A stretch of 64,000 nt of DNA from Octopus sinensis (lineage: Eukaryota). Below are positions 1 to 11,660 of the stretch, piece by piece (the first letter of the stretch is position 1; each line of letters starts with the position of its first letter). A program made the position numbers and the translations under genes. The stretch spans positions 22,195,360-22,259,359 of the forward strand of contig NC_043019.1 of NCBI RefSeq assembly GCF_006345805.1. The letters are read 5' to 3'. The notes under the pieces are model-generated. The model had not been told where the DNA came from. It saw only the letters and a program-made list of their open reading frames with translations, and did no database searches.

Positions 1-348
1 GAGCCCAGGCGGCTCTTCAGCTGACCAGCTCCTGTCAAACTGTCCAACCCATGCCATTATGGAAAACAGACATTAAATGATGATGATGATGATGATACCA
101 AATCTACCCACAAGATTTTAGCTGGCCTGGGGCTATAGTAGACAACATTTACCCAAGATGTCATGCAGTGGGAATGAACTCATGCGCTAGTGTTGTAAAC
201 AAACAGATCGCTCATATTCAATGCATGTGTTTTGCTTGTTTGCCAGTACACTGTGGGAACGACCCCTTCAAAGAGCCGGGGTGTTAAAACACTTGAAAGT
301 CACAGACAAGCAAATTAAGCCATAGGTTTGTGGATGGTTGATGGGTTA

Positions 349-398
349 GATGTAGAGCTGAAGAAGGAGCAAGATCTCCTGAAATACACATATACATC
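349..398 (+). ncRNA. Decayed minimal type-I hammerhead-like motif inside a fold-back insertion
   Basis: GATGTAGAG-CTGAAGA-AGGAG(caagat)CTCCT-GAAA-tacacata-TACATC: intact core boxes, perfect 5-bp stem II, distal stem I GATGTA/TACATC; stem III and cleavage triplet degenerate. Confidence 0.4.
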
Positions 399-764
399 CA
401 TGACCTTTTTTTTTTTTTATCTTTGATCACTCCTGAATGGGATTAGGGGCCAGTTGTCTCACCTGTCAATAACTTTCAGGTGTTTTAACATCCAATACTT
501 TAAGGGAGTCATCCCACTGTGCTGAACCACAGCGTACTGGCAATCAAGCAAAACACATACACTGAGTATGTGTGGTTGATAATATATATTTATTCCAGCC
601 GTGTGGTTGGGAAGCAGACTTCTTCAGCACGCAGACATACAACTATGCCTGCATCTAAGCATGTGTATGTATGTATCCATGTATATGTATACTTTCATAA
701 ATATGTGAGATTTAAGTGAGAATTTCTGATCACATCACACCTCACCCACCCAAAGTATCAAATT

Positions 765-1107
765 CATCATCATCGTTTAGCATCCGCTTTCCATGCTAGC
801 ATGGTTGGACGATTCAACTGGGGTGTGGAAAGCCAGAAGGCTGCACCAGGCCCAGTCTGATCTGGCAATGTTTCTACGGCTGGATGCCCTTCCTAATGCC
901 AACCACTCCGTGAGTGTAGAAATTCATCATCATCATCATCATCATTTAGCGTCCACTTTCCATGCTAGCATGGGTTGGACGGTTCAACTAGGGTCTGTGA
1001 AGCTGGAAGGCTTCGTCGGGCCCAGTCAGATCTGGCAATGTTTCTACGGCTGGATGCCTTTCCTAACGCCAACCACTCCGTGAGTGTAGTGGGTGCTTTT
1101 TACGTGC
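765..1107 (-). mobile_element. RTE LINE 3'-UTR fragments (tandemly duplicated) with (GAT)n tail
   Basis: Same GGAAGGGCATCCAGC...CATGGAAAGCGGACGTTAAACGATGATG module that is contiguous with an RTE ORF end at 34114-35165; two ~170-bp copies in tandem. Confidence 0.7.
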
Positions 1108-1143
1108 AAATTATAAGATAAAAAAAACTGACAAGAAACTTAC

Positions 1144-1256
1144 TCCTCATTTTGGTCATCATTGTCATCAATATCAGCAAACTTCACTTTCTTTTGATTA
1201 AGTGTTTCCATGGGACCTCTAAAGAAATCCTTGAATTTCAAATCTTTTACATTTTC
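1144..1256 (-). CDS. MPHOSPH10: MPP10 coding exon 3 (gene continues beyond window start)
   Basis: Acceptor tcttcctctttCAG (1257-1259), donor GTAAGT (1138-1143); phase 0 joins exon 2; ENVKDLKFKDFFRGP resembles the MPP10 LKYKDFF motif. Confidence 0.8.
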
Positions 1257-1395
1257 CTGAAAGAGGAAGAAGAAAGATGAACAAATCAAAAATAAATTAT
1301 ATCTATATATTTATACAAACATATCGATTTATCTATCTAACTACCTATCTATATATGAAAAGGTTTATTCTTATGTCAAGTTATATATATATATA

Positions 1396-1789
1396 CTAGC
1401 AGTATCGCCCGCCGTTGCTCGGGTTTGTAAGGGAAATAACTATATAAGCATTTTTAGAGATGTAAAGTAAAATAGCCATCTCAATATGGCTAACCACAAA
1501 GGGGGATGTTACTGTAGCTTTTTACGTTCTGAGATTTAATAATACATTTTTAGAGAGTTACTTCCCTTATATAAGCCAAAAATGCATTAAAAATGGGAAA
1601 AATGATGGTAAATTTTTTTTAAATCATAGACTCATCGTAGACGCGCACTAATACCCCAGAAGGGCTCGATATGAATCATGACTATAAGACACTCGCTTTT
1701 GGTTAAACTGCACCGCAAAATGTGGGAGTAGTTAGGAATCTAAATCATAGGAGACAGACACCACACAACCTCACTTTTATATATATTGA
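1396..1789 (-). mobile_element. Non-autonomous Helitron
   Basis: Minus strand 5'-TC ... CCCGAGCAACGGCGGG hairpin, GATACTG-CTAG-3', inserted between A and T; homologous to 9846-11172 copies. Confidence 0.8.
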
Positions 1790-2552
1790 TATCCAGTGTA
1801 ACACTAAACTTAAGAATTACTCAATATATTTTTCTCAAGTACATGTACCTACGGGCTGGGGGAAAAAGAAATTTGAGGCAAAACTGGAACTATGTGGTTG
1901 CAAAGCAAACTTCTTACCAATACAGTTACACTTGCACCTATGATTGAAAAAAACAAAAAAAAAACAGACTATTAAAAAAACTAAAACATGGTAAGAGTAC
2001 AGATCATGGTCAAATAATGACTGAATGGTTTCAATAGGATCAGAGTGATGGAGTCGACTTGTCTGGTAGCTTGATAATGGAATGGGCTAAGTGATTTCAT
2101 AATGAACTCAAATTAGAACATTAGTGTGCTTACAGTGAAAAATGGCTTCAAAGATTCAAATGTTATAGAATCTTCCTGAAATTGTAATGTAACAAGAACT
2201 AATGAATTTTCATTTGATGCTTGAAAATTACACAGGGAAAAAAGAACACAACCTACATGAAGCAATTTTGCTGAGATAAAATGTTTAAAAAGATAGCCAA
2301 AGGGAGTGTGTGCTTTGTAGCTTCAGCTCCAAGCACCCCAGCTGTGTCACTTACTATATCTGAAATGCAAGATGAAAGAATCAACTACAAAACAGACAGT
2401 AATCCCGATGATCCTCAACTTCAAAACCTTTGTGATTAAATCCATTAAAATTCTAAACTTTGCCATCTTGGGATCAGAAATGTTACAGCCTTCTTTGTAA
2501 GTACAGTTATTAATAAATGCACTAATGTAATAATGTACAACTCCTGCACATA

Positions 2553-2900
2553 AGCGCAGGAGTGGCTGTGTGGTAAGTAGCTTGCTTACCAACCACAGGG
2601 TTCCAAGTTCAGTCCTATTGCGTGGCATCTTGGGCCGACCAAAACCTTGTGAGTGGATTTGGTAGACGGAAACTGAAAGAAGCCCGTTTTATATATGTAT
2701 GTGTGTGTGTTTGTCTCCCCAACATTGCTTGACAACCGATGCTGGTGTGTTTACGTCCCTGTTACTTAGCGGTTCGGCAAAAGAGACTGATAGAATAAGT
2801 ACTAGGCTTACAAAGAATAAGTCCTGGGATCGATGTGCTTGACTAAAGGCGTTGCTCCAGCATGGCCACGGTCAAATGACTGAAACAAGTAAATGAGTAA
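2553..2900 (+). mobile_element. tRNA-derived SINE (CORE-like), representative of a high-copy family (also ~3411-3742 +, 28120-28553 -, 37100-37487 -, 49358-49745 +)
   Basis: A-box-like TGGCTGTGTGGT, B-box-like GTTCAGTCC, CTTGGGC(AAGT) core, internal (TA/TG)n; near-identical dispersed copies. Confidence 0.8.
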
Positions 2901-3799
2901 CTATTTGTATTTCAGTTAAATTCAGATATAAATCTCTGTATTTGTGTAATTTAAGTTTCTAGCAGTTCATGGTACTTTGGATGTATAGGGGGGTGTATAT
3001 ATAATTAGTAGGTTAGAGGTGTGTCGATGAATTATTATTACATGATCATAAGGTGGGGAGCTGACGGAATCATTAACATACCAGGCAAAATACTTTGCAG
3101 CATTTTGTCTGTCTTTGCTTTCTGAGTTCAAATTCTGCCAAGGTTGTCTTTACCTTTCGTCATTTTGGGATTGATGAAATAAGTACCAGTCAAGCACTGG
3201 GGTCGACTAGCCCCCTCCACCAAAATTTTATGACTTGTGCTTATAGTAGAAAGGAATACCGAGGCTGATATAATCAACTTTCCTGATCCTGCTGGCCTTG
3301 TGCCAAAATCTAAAACCATTATTATATGACCATGGATGGTCCAGCAAAATAGTTAATTTATCAAAGCTTTGGAACTAAAGATATCAGGAAAAAAAAAAAA
3401 AAAGAGAGATAGGTGCAGGAGTGGCTGTGTGGTAAGTAGCTTGCTAAACAACCACATGGTTCCGTGTTCAGTCCCACTGCATGGCATCTTGGGCAAGTGT
3501 CTTCTGCTATAGCCTCGGGCCGACCAATGCCTTGTGAGTGGATTTGGTAGACGGAAACTGAAAGAAGCCTGTCGTATATATGTATATATATATGTATGTG
3601 TGTGTATGTGTTTGTCCCCCTAGCATTGCTTGACAACCGATGCTGGTGTGTTTACGTCCCCGTCACTTAGTGGTTCGGCAAAAGAGACCGATAGAATAAG
3701 TACTGGGCTTACAAAGAATAAGTCCCGGGGTCGATTTGCTCAACATGTAAAGAGAGATGTACCTGTAACTGAATTCAAAAAGAATAAAAGTATTCTTAC

Positions 3800-4607
3800 C
3801 TCTTCATCTGATCCAATGTCTTGAAAGACATCAATATCATTGCCTTCATCTTCCGACGTATCACCAGGTTTCATCTTTCTTGCTTCAAGAGCATCTTGTT
3901 GTTTGAGAAATGTTTCCATTTCAGAGAGTTTGAAGAAATTGTCGTCCACAACTGATGAATTAGTTTTATTCTTCTTCTTCGGCTTATCTTCATCCTGTTG
4001 GTTTGGTTCTGAGTCTTTGGAATCTTCCACATCCGAAACATCTTCCTGGAATTCTGTAGCCAAGTCATTAGGATCACCTTCAGAATCAGAACCGATGTCA
4101 GAATCTAAATGCTTATTAGTTCCAGAAAGTTGTTCATATTTTTTCAAGTTTGACTTTATCTTCACCAGTTCTTTGTCAATTTCATCATCATCATCCTCCT
4201 CCTCCTCATCATCATCGTCATCACCATCACCCTCTTTGTCTTCTGAATTTTCAGCCAATGTTTCTTCCTCTACCTCCTTTTTTTCTGCATCATCTGAGGC
4301 TTCATCATCATCATCATCATCATCATTACTATCATCATCGACATCACTGTCATCATTCTTGTCAAGTAATGATTTAGAAGTTTTAAAAGATATCCGCTCC
4401 TTCCCAGCAATTAGATGAGACAAATCAGTGATGAATTCAGATATCACTGCACCGTTGTACAACTCGAGTTCTTCCCAAACTTGCTCATTTTCAAAACTGT
4501 CCACAATTAATTCAGAAACAGCCCTTTTGACAGGAAGTTTTTGGAAAGTCAAATCATACAGCTTTTTCGTGGTTTCCTTTAAACATTCAGCATTCTTTTT
4601 ATGAACA
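3800..4607 (-). CDS. MPHOSPH10: MPP10 coding exon 2, U3 snoRNP protein
   Basis: TKKLYD, ELIVDSFENEQVWEELELYN (cf. LVIENFDDEQIWQQLELQN), acidic tract, SVVDDNFFKLSEMETFL; acceptor CAG 4608-4610, donor GTAAGA after 3800; phase 2 matches exon 1. Confidence 0.92.
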
Positions 4608-4784
4608 CTGTGAAAAGATAAAAGCAATAAATATTACATTTTATTTTCAGAATATCAAATTTATACAGCTTCGTTTTTGGATCTGGTTTGCAAGATTCTT
4701 TGTGTGAACTTGTGTGTTGAAGCAAATTTTGTTGCGTCTTATTATCTGACACACTGGTTTGATTTTCACTCATTATTTTTCCTT

Positions 4785-4820
4785 CCAAAATTTCCATTGC
4801 TTTTGCAACTTTGTCAATGT
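4785..4820 (-). ncRNA. Hammerhead-like motif, U3-A8 family (decayed copy, GGAA)
   Basis: ACA-TTGACAA-A-GTTGC(aaaa)GCAAT-GGAA-AT-TT-TGG on minus strand; inverted partner of 4890-4925. Confidence 0.4.
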
Positions 4821-4889
4821 ATACTGACTCTGTCATTATTCGGTGGACACATAAACACACCAGCACTAAATAACAGACAGAATCAACAT

Positions 4890-4925
4890 CCATTGACAAA
4901 GTTGCCAAAGCAATGAAAATTTTAG
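4890..4925 (+). ncRNA. Minimal type-I hammerhead-like motif, U3-A8 family
   Basis: CCA-TTGACAA-A-GTTGC(caaa)GCAAT-GAAA-AT-TT-TAG; palindromic AATT stem III. Confidence 0.5.
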
Positions 4926-5707
4926 AAGAAAAAATATAAAAAATAAATGAGTGGAAATCGAACCGGTGAGTGTGTTAAATAATGAGGCCATTAAGACAAT
5001 ATGACTCTCCCCAGGCACAAAAAAATTTATACAGTTTTGAGCAAATTTATATAATATATGTAGCAGTAATAATAGCAAAATGTGAAAGGAAGGGTGTTAG
5101 GAAGGTCATCCAGTTATAGTGACCAAGTCAAAATAAACTATGGAACCTGGTGTGACTCCAGTTCTTGTTAAGCTGTCCAACCCATGCCAGCATGGAAGAT
5201 GGATGTTAAATGTTGATGATGATGATGAAAGAGTTGATTCAATAATATCATTATCATTGTTTTAATGTTCTCTTTTCCAAGTTAGCATGGGTCAGACAGA
5301 ATTTATTGAGGTAGATTTTTTATAGTTGGATGCCCTTCCTATGGCTACTAATCCTCACGTGTTTCCAAGCAAGGAAATATTTCCTAATGACTAGACATGT
5401 ACATAGAAGGCTGGACAATAATGATGCCACTTGTATACCGACAATGCTCATTTACAACTATCCAATGTCAAGACAAAGGGGCACAAACACACACATATCA
5501 TATGTATGCATGTATTTTTCTTTTGTTTTAGCCTTTAGACTGTGGCCATGCTGGGGCACAGGCTTGAAGAATTTTTAGTCAAATGTACCAACTCCAGTAC
5601 TTATTTTTTTAAAGCCTGGTACTTATTCTATCAGTCTCTTTTGCCAAACCACTAAGTTATGGAGACATAAACACAACAGCACTGGTTGTCAAGCAGTAGT
5701 GGGACAA

Positions 5708-5741
<34 letters not shown>

Positions 5742-6068
5742 GACAGGATTCTTTCAGTTTCCACTCACAAGGTAGTAGGAATTAAGTTTACACTTACTGG
5801 ATGAGTATTGTTACCTCATCCAATAAGTGTAAACTTAATTCCTACAACCTAAATATATATAATCATAACATAGGTCAATACAGTGGAAACACTAACACTG
5901 AACATGACAGCATATACCACACCCAAAACCCTAGCACTATAGCAAGCATAAACCAGGATACAAACATCCCTGCTTCTGAGGAAGGTCAGAGTGCGGCTAT
6001 AGCTGTAATACAACCAGTACTACCACTACTACTAATATTACTACCATTAATAACAATAATAATAATAC

Positions 6069-6637
6069 AATGGAGTTAAATGCAGGTGTTATTCAAATCT
6101 TTTTACTTCCGAAATGTATCGAAGAAAACATTGGTATTATTCCAGAAGGAATAAAATGGTGTAAAACAATGCAATCTTCTCATCAGGGAAAGAAAGAAAC
6201 CAAATATATCAATAAGACATTTTAATTCCTATTTAACCCTTTCGTTACCAACCCGGCTGAAACCGGCTTTGGCTCTTCAGTACAAATGTCTGGTTTTCAA
6301 AAGTTCTGAATTAAAATCTTCCACCAAACCTTAGTCACAATTTATGTCCCTAACTCTAGCTTAATGATAACGATGTTATTTTACTTAATTCTTTGTTATA
6401 TTTAACATAATTGGAAGAAACACTGAGCATCTCAAAATAAATTCAGTAACGAAAGGGTTAAGCATTTGCAACATTCTGTTAAAATGTCTTATTGTGTGTT
6501 TAGTTTCTTTTTTTTCACTGATGAGAAGATTGTATTGTTTTACACCATTTTATTCCTTCTGAAATAATACCAATGTTTTCTTTGATACATATGTCGGAAG
6601 TATAAGAATTTGAATAACACCTGTGTTTAACTCCATT
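6069..6637. mobile_element. Fold-back element (arms 6069-6225 / 6479-6637), Penelope pseudo-LTR-like, hammerhead motif in each arm
   Basis: ~157-bp imperfect inverted repeat; CTGATGA...GATA-CATATG-TC-GGAAG at 6518-6600 (+) and counterpart 6106-6191 (-). Confidence 0.6.
6237..6457. mobile_element. piggyBac-type MITE
   Basis: TTAA TSDs (6233-6236, 6458-6461); perfect 12-bp TIR CCCTTTCGTTAC/GTAACGAAAGGG. Confidence 0.88.
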
Positions 6638-6762
6638 TGAAGGGCATCCAGCGGTAGAAACTCTGCCAGATCAAGATTGGAGCCTGGTGCAGCCATCTGA
6701 CTCGCCAGCCCTCAGTCAAAATCGTCCAACCCATGCTAGCATGGAAAGCGGATGTTAAACGA

Positions 6763-6797
<35 letters not shown>

Positions 6798-7331
6798 ACA
6801 CACACACATAATGTGCTTCTTTCAGCTTACATCTACCAAATTCACTCACAATGACTCACAATTCCAGACTGACCATCCTGGGATTATACCTGAAGACACC
6901 TACCAAAGGTGTCATGCAGTGGGACTGAATCTAGCAAACTTCTTAACCAAATGCCGAGGCAAGACATAAGCACAAAACATACCTAGAAAACATTACCATC
7001 TCCACTCCTATTTAAGCATGTGCAACATTCAACTACAGTTCTCATGATCCCTCCAAATTTTACCCCCCCCCTCTATCACTAGAGATGGTATATCTTAAAC
7101 TTAGCTAAGACTGCATTACTGCAACTGGCCCTTCTCTTCGTGGACAGAAAATACTTCAGTCCCCAACAATTATTGATATTCTACATTGTGGGCCTCACCT
7201 GAGGTCCATAATCTCTCTCGCAAGAGGGCGGTGGTGGGACCACCCGCTGTCTAAGAAAGTGTTGCTGTTGTACATGCTGACGTCCTATACTGTATTAGGA
7301 AACAGGTCACTTGACTAAATGGTATAAAATC

Positions 7332-7572
7332 GGTGGAATTCTGGTTTAAGCACCCAATTATAACCCCTCTGATTATAAAAAAAAATTTCGAGAAAGAGTG
7401 GAAATTTTAGGATTGAGGGGTGGGGGCGTTAAAAAAATTCATTTTTTTCTTTTTTGCATAGTTGTATGAATTCTCATGTGTAGAACAAATTCGCAAAATT
7501 TTTCTGCAATTTCTAAAAAATAGAAAAAAGTTAAGAGGAGTTATATGAGGGTGCTTAAACCAGAATTCCGCC
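7332..7572. mobile_element. MITE with GG..CC termini and 8-bp TSD (Merlin-like)
   Basis: 24-bp TIR GGTGGAATTCTGGTTTAAGCACCC / GGGTGCTTAAACCAGAATTCCGCC; perfect TSD ATAAAATC (7324-7331, 7573-7580). Superfamily assignment inferred. Confidence 0.8.
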
Positions 7573-8436
7573 ATAAAATCCCTTATAGACACACTCCAGT
7601 ATCTGGACTACAGGAAAGCTGTTTCCTCTCTCTGCTTTTTCTTCCACTACTAGAGCTGGTTGTTTTCATGCCCCTGCCATTCACTAAGATATTCCAGACT
7701 CCCTTGTCTCTCCTCTCTCTCTCTCATATCACCCTAAGTTGTGTCTAAGAACTCCAGGTCCTACGCTAACCATTTCGTCCAGTTCTTTGAAGGGTCTGCG
7801 AAGAGCATGAACCCTGTCCATTCATCCAAATCGGACGAGTGAAAAAAAGTAAAACTTCATCGTGTTTGCAAGCTGGCGGAATCGTTCGAGCAGTGCAGGT
7901 TTTGTATCCCTCTTTGCTTTCTGAACTAAAATCCTGCTGAGGTTAATGTTGTCTTTTATCCTTTCGGAATCGATAAAATAAAGTACCAATCTAGTAATGG
8001 GGGCGATCTGATTAACTAACCATAACTGTTTAGCACTAGGCCAACTCTGATCAACCAGACAAAGGATAAACAGATTCCAACCGCGACCTATACTGCCGTT
8101 TTAGGGATAACTATGATTATATTATCATAAGTGTACTTCTTTTCTTTTAAGATAAGAGCGTAGTTTGAGGAATATTTGACTGCTATGGTCTAGCAGGCAG
8201 GATGGCTGCTAGTAACATTCCATTGTCAACAAAGCTTTAATAACACAACTCTTCGACAAGGCGATTTCGCTATCGTCTCCAAGGGACGTGTCCATAAATA
8301 AAACTGAGAAACCCACGTGTTTTTTTCAGGACCGTATAACACAGCATAATACAAGGAATTTTTTTCTATTTCTCTTAACTGACAATAAAATCAACGATTT
8401 ATATGAATATTTTCAACAATTTATATTTATACTCAC

Positions 8437-8513
8437 TCTAAAAAGTTCTCTGGGCTCCGAGAAATAACATTTAACACATTCAGTGTTTTCCCTAAAAATT
8501 CGTCGCCAGCCAT
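8437..8513 (-). CDS. MPHOSPH10: MPP10 coding exon 1
   Basis: aaaaATGGCT start at 8513, MAGDEFLGKTLNVLNVISRSPENFL (cf. MPP10 N-terminal RPECFL), donor GTGAGT 8431-8436; 77 nt, GA+T=Asp joins exon 2 in frame. Confidence 0.85.
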
Positions 8514-8631
8514 TTTTGTTTTCTTTGTGCGTTTTCCCTTCATTAGAGAGTTACAAACGGTGCAAAAGAAAAATAGTAACCATATAATTTTTATTCAGTA
8601 TAAAAATTTAGTTCAAAATAATGCAACTGCG

Positions 8632-9000
8632 TAAGGTAAGCGAGCTGGCACAATCATTAGCACATCGGATGAAATGCTTAGTGGTATTTCTTCTGCCGCT
8701 ACGTTCTGAGTTCAAATTCCACCGAGGTTGACTTTGTCTTTCCTCCTTTCGGGGTCGATTAAATAAGTACCAGTTACGCACTGGAGTCGATATAATCGAC
8801 TTAATCCGTTTGTCTGTCCTTGTTTGTCCCCTCTGTGTTTAGCCCCTTGTGAGTAGTAAAGAAACAGGTATTTCTTCTGGCTTTATGTTCAAATTCCGCT
8901 GATGTCGACTTTGCCTCTCACGCTCTCGGAATCGATAAGATAAGTACCAGTTGACCACTTGTCAATGTAATCGACTAGATTTTATGCCTATAAGTAGAAA
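8632..9000 (+). mobile_element. SINE with Nin/Deu-like domain (two partial copies; family also ~13755-14130 -, 42965-43130 -, 60515-60635 -)
   Basis: B-box GTTCAAATTCC followed by CCTTTCGGGGTCGAT..AAATAAGTACCAG domain; multiple dispersed copies. Confidence 0.65.
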
Positions 9001-9239
9001 GAGAAATTATAGACCTACGTTTCAATCGAAGTTTGCCAAAGTTATTTTCCATTTTTCTTGACTTGATTTGCAAGAAGTGGCTATGTCCATGGCTTTCACA
9101 GGCTCTTCAAGACGATTGAAATCGATGCTTTAACTTTTTTTTAAATTTAAGGGAATTTGCAAATCGATGTCTGCAATTAAAATCTGTACTTGTAGTCAAT
9201 TCTGAAATAACAAACCTGCACATTCCCTTTTCTTTCTGG

Positions 9240-9620
9240 GAAAACAAAGCATCAGACTGCAAGACCTATTGCCTCTTCTGATTCTCAGTTCAAAGAATTC
9301 AGCAAAATCAATGTCAACATTGGGACCAACTTTGTGCAATCATGAAGGCATGCTGGCAAAATGTTGCTCCTCTAAATGGAAGTCTTACCTGTCATTGTGG
9401 TTTTGTGTCAAGAAACAAAGCAAGCCTTGCCGTCCAATCAAGAAAACATATAGTAAATGATCCACAAGCACTCAAGCTAACTGAGCCCTCAACTTGTTCC
9501 ATTTGCCAAAATGTCTGCAAGGCACCAGCAGGTCTCAAGAGACATATGTGTGTCCATAGAACATGATTACCACTTTATTTTAATGAATCCTCATTTATTG
9601 TTTACAACAAAAGAATCCAT
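9240..9620 (+). mobile_element. Decayed RTE-like LINE 3' end with two C2H2-like motifs
   Basis: ORF 9342-9566 ends TCHCGFVSRNKASLAVQSRKH ... TCSICQNVCKAPAGLKRHMCVH, typical of RTE C-termini; frameshifted upstream. Confidence 0.5.
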
Positions 9621-9626
9621 CATATA

Positions 9627-9835
9627 TTGGGTTGGTGCCTAATTACTGCAGCTTTTTTTCAACAAATTTTATTCGACAAAAACAATAACGATATTTAACA
9701 AAAACATCTTTAAATGACGGTCTGACCGTCTGCCAAGCAAATGGGAAGCAGTAATTGAAATAGATGGTGAATATGCACCGGAATAATCATTTAAAATTTG
9801 TTGAAAAAAGCCACAATAATTCTGCACCAACTCAA
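9627..9835 (+). mobile_element. Internally deleted mariner (MITE)
   Basis: TA flanks, TIR TTGGGTTGGTGC / GCACCAACTCAA, internal KWEAVIEIDGEYAPE* mariner C-terminus. Confidence 0.75.
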
Positions 9836-9845
9836 TATATATATA

Positions 9846-10351
9846 TCTATATATATAAAACTCTAGTTGTGTGAGTGTCTGTCCCCTTCGATTTAGATTC
9901 CTAACTCCTCCCACATTTTGCGGTGCAGTTTAACCAAATTCGGGTATCTTATAGTCGTGATTCATATCGAGCCCGTCTGACTATTAGCGCGCGTCAACAA
10001 TGAGTCTACGATTTTAAAAATAATTTAACATCATTTTTTATTCCATTTTAATGCATAAAATGCATCGTATGTCGATGGCGGCGGAGTTGGCGTCCACGCT
10101 CACAGCTGCACCTGTTTGCTTCTCCCCCTTCCCTCCCTCGTGAAGCTGTGGGGAAGGGAGTGTAAAGAAATCAACGTCGTAATGCGTTGTGAAGGAAACC
10201 AGCGTTCTTTTAGAACAACGACTTCATGGCTTGAAGACACCAAAACAAAAATGGCTAAGAAAGCCCGAATTTATAAGGGAAGTAACTCTCTAAAAATGCT
10301 TATATAGTTATTTCCCTTACAAACCCGAGCAACGCCGGGCGATACTGCTAG
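9846..10351 (+). mobile_element. Non-autonomous Helitron, tandem copy 1
   Basis: 5'-TC, 3' hairpin CCCGAGCAACGCCGGG, terminal CTAG, in (TA)n. Confidence 0.85.
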
Positions 10352-10363
10352 TATATATATATA

Positions 10364-10875
10364 TCTTTATATATAAAACTGTAGTTGTGTGAGTGTCTGT
10401 CTCCTACGATTTAGATTCCTAACTACTCCCACATTTTGCGGTGCAGTTTAACCAAATTCGGGTATCTTATAGTTGTGATTCATATCGAGCCCGTCTGAGT
10501 ATTAGCGCACGTCTACGATGAGTCTACGATTTTAAAAATAATTTAACATCATTTTTTATTCCATTTTAATGCATAATTTTTCGTGTGTCGATGGCGGCGG
10601 AGTTGGCGTCCATGGTCACACCTGCACCTGTTTGCTTCTCCCTCTTCTTCCCTCCCTCGTGAAGCTGTGGGGAAGGGAGTTTAAGGAAATCAACGTCGTA
10701 AAGCGTTGTCAAGGAGACCAGCGTTCTTTTAGAACAACGACTTCATGGCTTGAAGACACCAAAACAGAAATGGCAAAAAAGCCCGAATTGGCATATATAA
10801 GGGAAGTAACTCTCTAAAAATGCTTATATAGTTATTTCCCTTACAAACCCGAGCAACGCCGGGCGATACTGCTAG
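10364..10875 (+). mobile_element. Non-autonomous Helitron, tandem copy 2
   Basis: Same termini and near-identical body to copy 1. Confidence 0.85.
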
Positions 10876-11172
10876 TCTTTATATATAAAACTGTAGTTGT
10901 GTGAGTGTCTGTCCCCTTTGATTTAGATTCCTAACTACTCCCACATTTTGCGGTGCAGTTTAACCAAAACCGGGTATCTTATAGTCGTGATTCCTATCGA
11001 GCCCGTCTGGGTATTAGCGCGCGTCTACGATGAGTCTACGATTTAAAAAATAATTTACCATAATTTTTTCCATTTTGATGCATATTTTTTAATATAAGGG
11101 AAGTAACTCTCTAAAAATGCTTATATAGTTATTTCCCTTACAAATCCGAGCAACGCCGGGCGATACTGCTAG
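10876..11172 (+). mobile_element. Non-autonomous Helitron, tandem copy 3 (short variant)
   Basis: Starts TC immediately after copy 2 CTAG; lacks ~215 bp of internal sequence; ends hairpin + CTAG. Confidence 0.85.
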
Positions 11173-11219
<47 letters not shown>

Positions 11220-11424
11220 AAAGCCGCCCTGTCGAGTGGCTTTTAAGCAACTGACCCTGAATGGAAAGATCTGCAAACAGATCTCTGGCTTGTTTTGCAG
11301 AATTTCTTGCAATTGCTTCCTCCAGAGTCATATCCCAATAGTGTACAGCAGTTGGTTCAGTATGCTGACCACGGCAATTTCTGTCCAGGAAAGTTGTACA
11401 TCATCTCCCTCTTTCTCTCGCATA

Positions 11425-11455
<31 letters not shown>

Positions 11456-11460
11456 ACTCA

Positions 11461-11492
<32 letters not shown>

Positions 11493-11660
11493 ATTATTAC
11501 TCCCATTGTGACAGAAATTAGTTTTCACAGTTATGTTATATATATATATATACAATGAATGGTCATTGATAGTGAGGAATTAGCATTTCAACAATCCAGT
11601 GCCTTTTTACAAATTAGAAAATAGAAATAGACATTTATAGTGAAATTGAGGAGAAATTTT

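Noticed and set aside
3840-4418. 192-aa Ser-rich plus-strand ORF
   Set aside because: Antisense shadow of the acidic MPP10 exon.
9342-9566. Possible host C2H2 zinc-finger gene
   Set aside because: Degenerate fingers, no TGEKP linkers or splice context; fits a LINE C-terminus.
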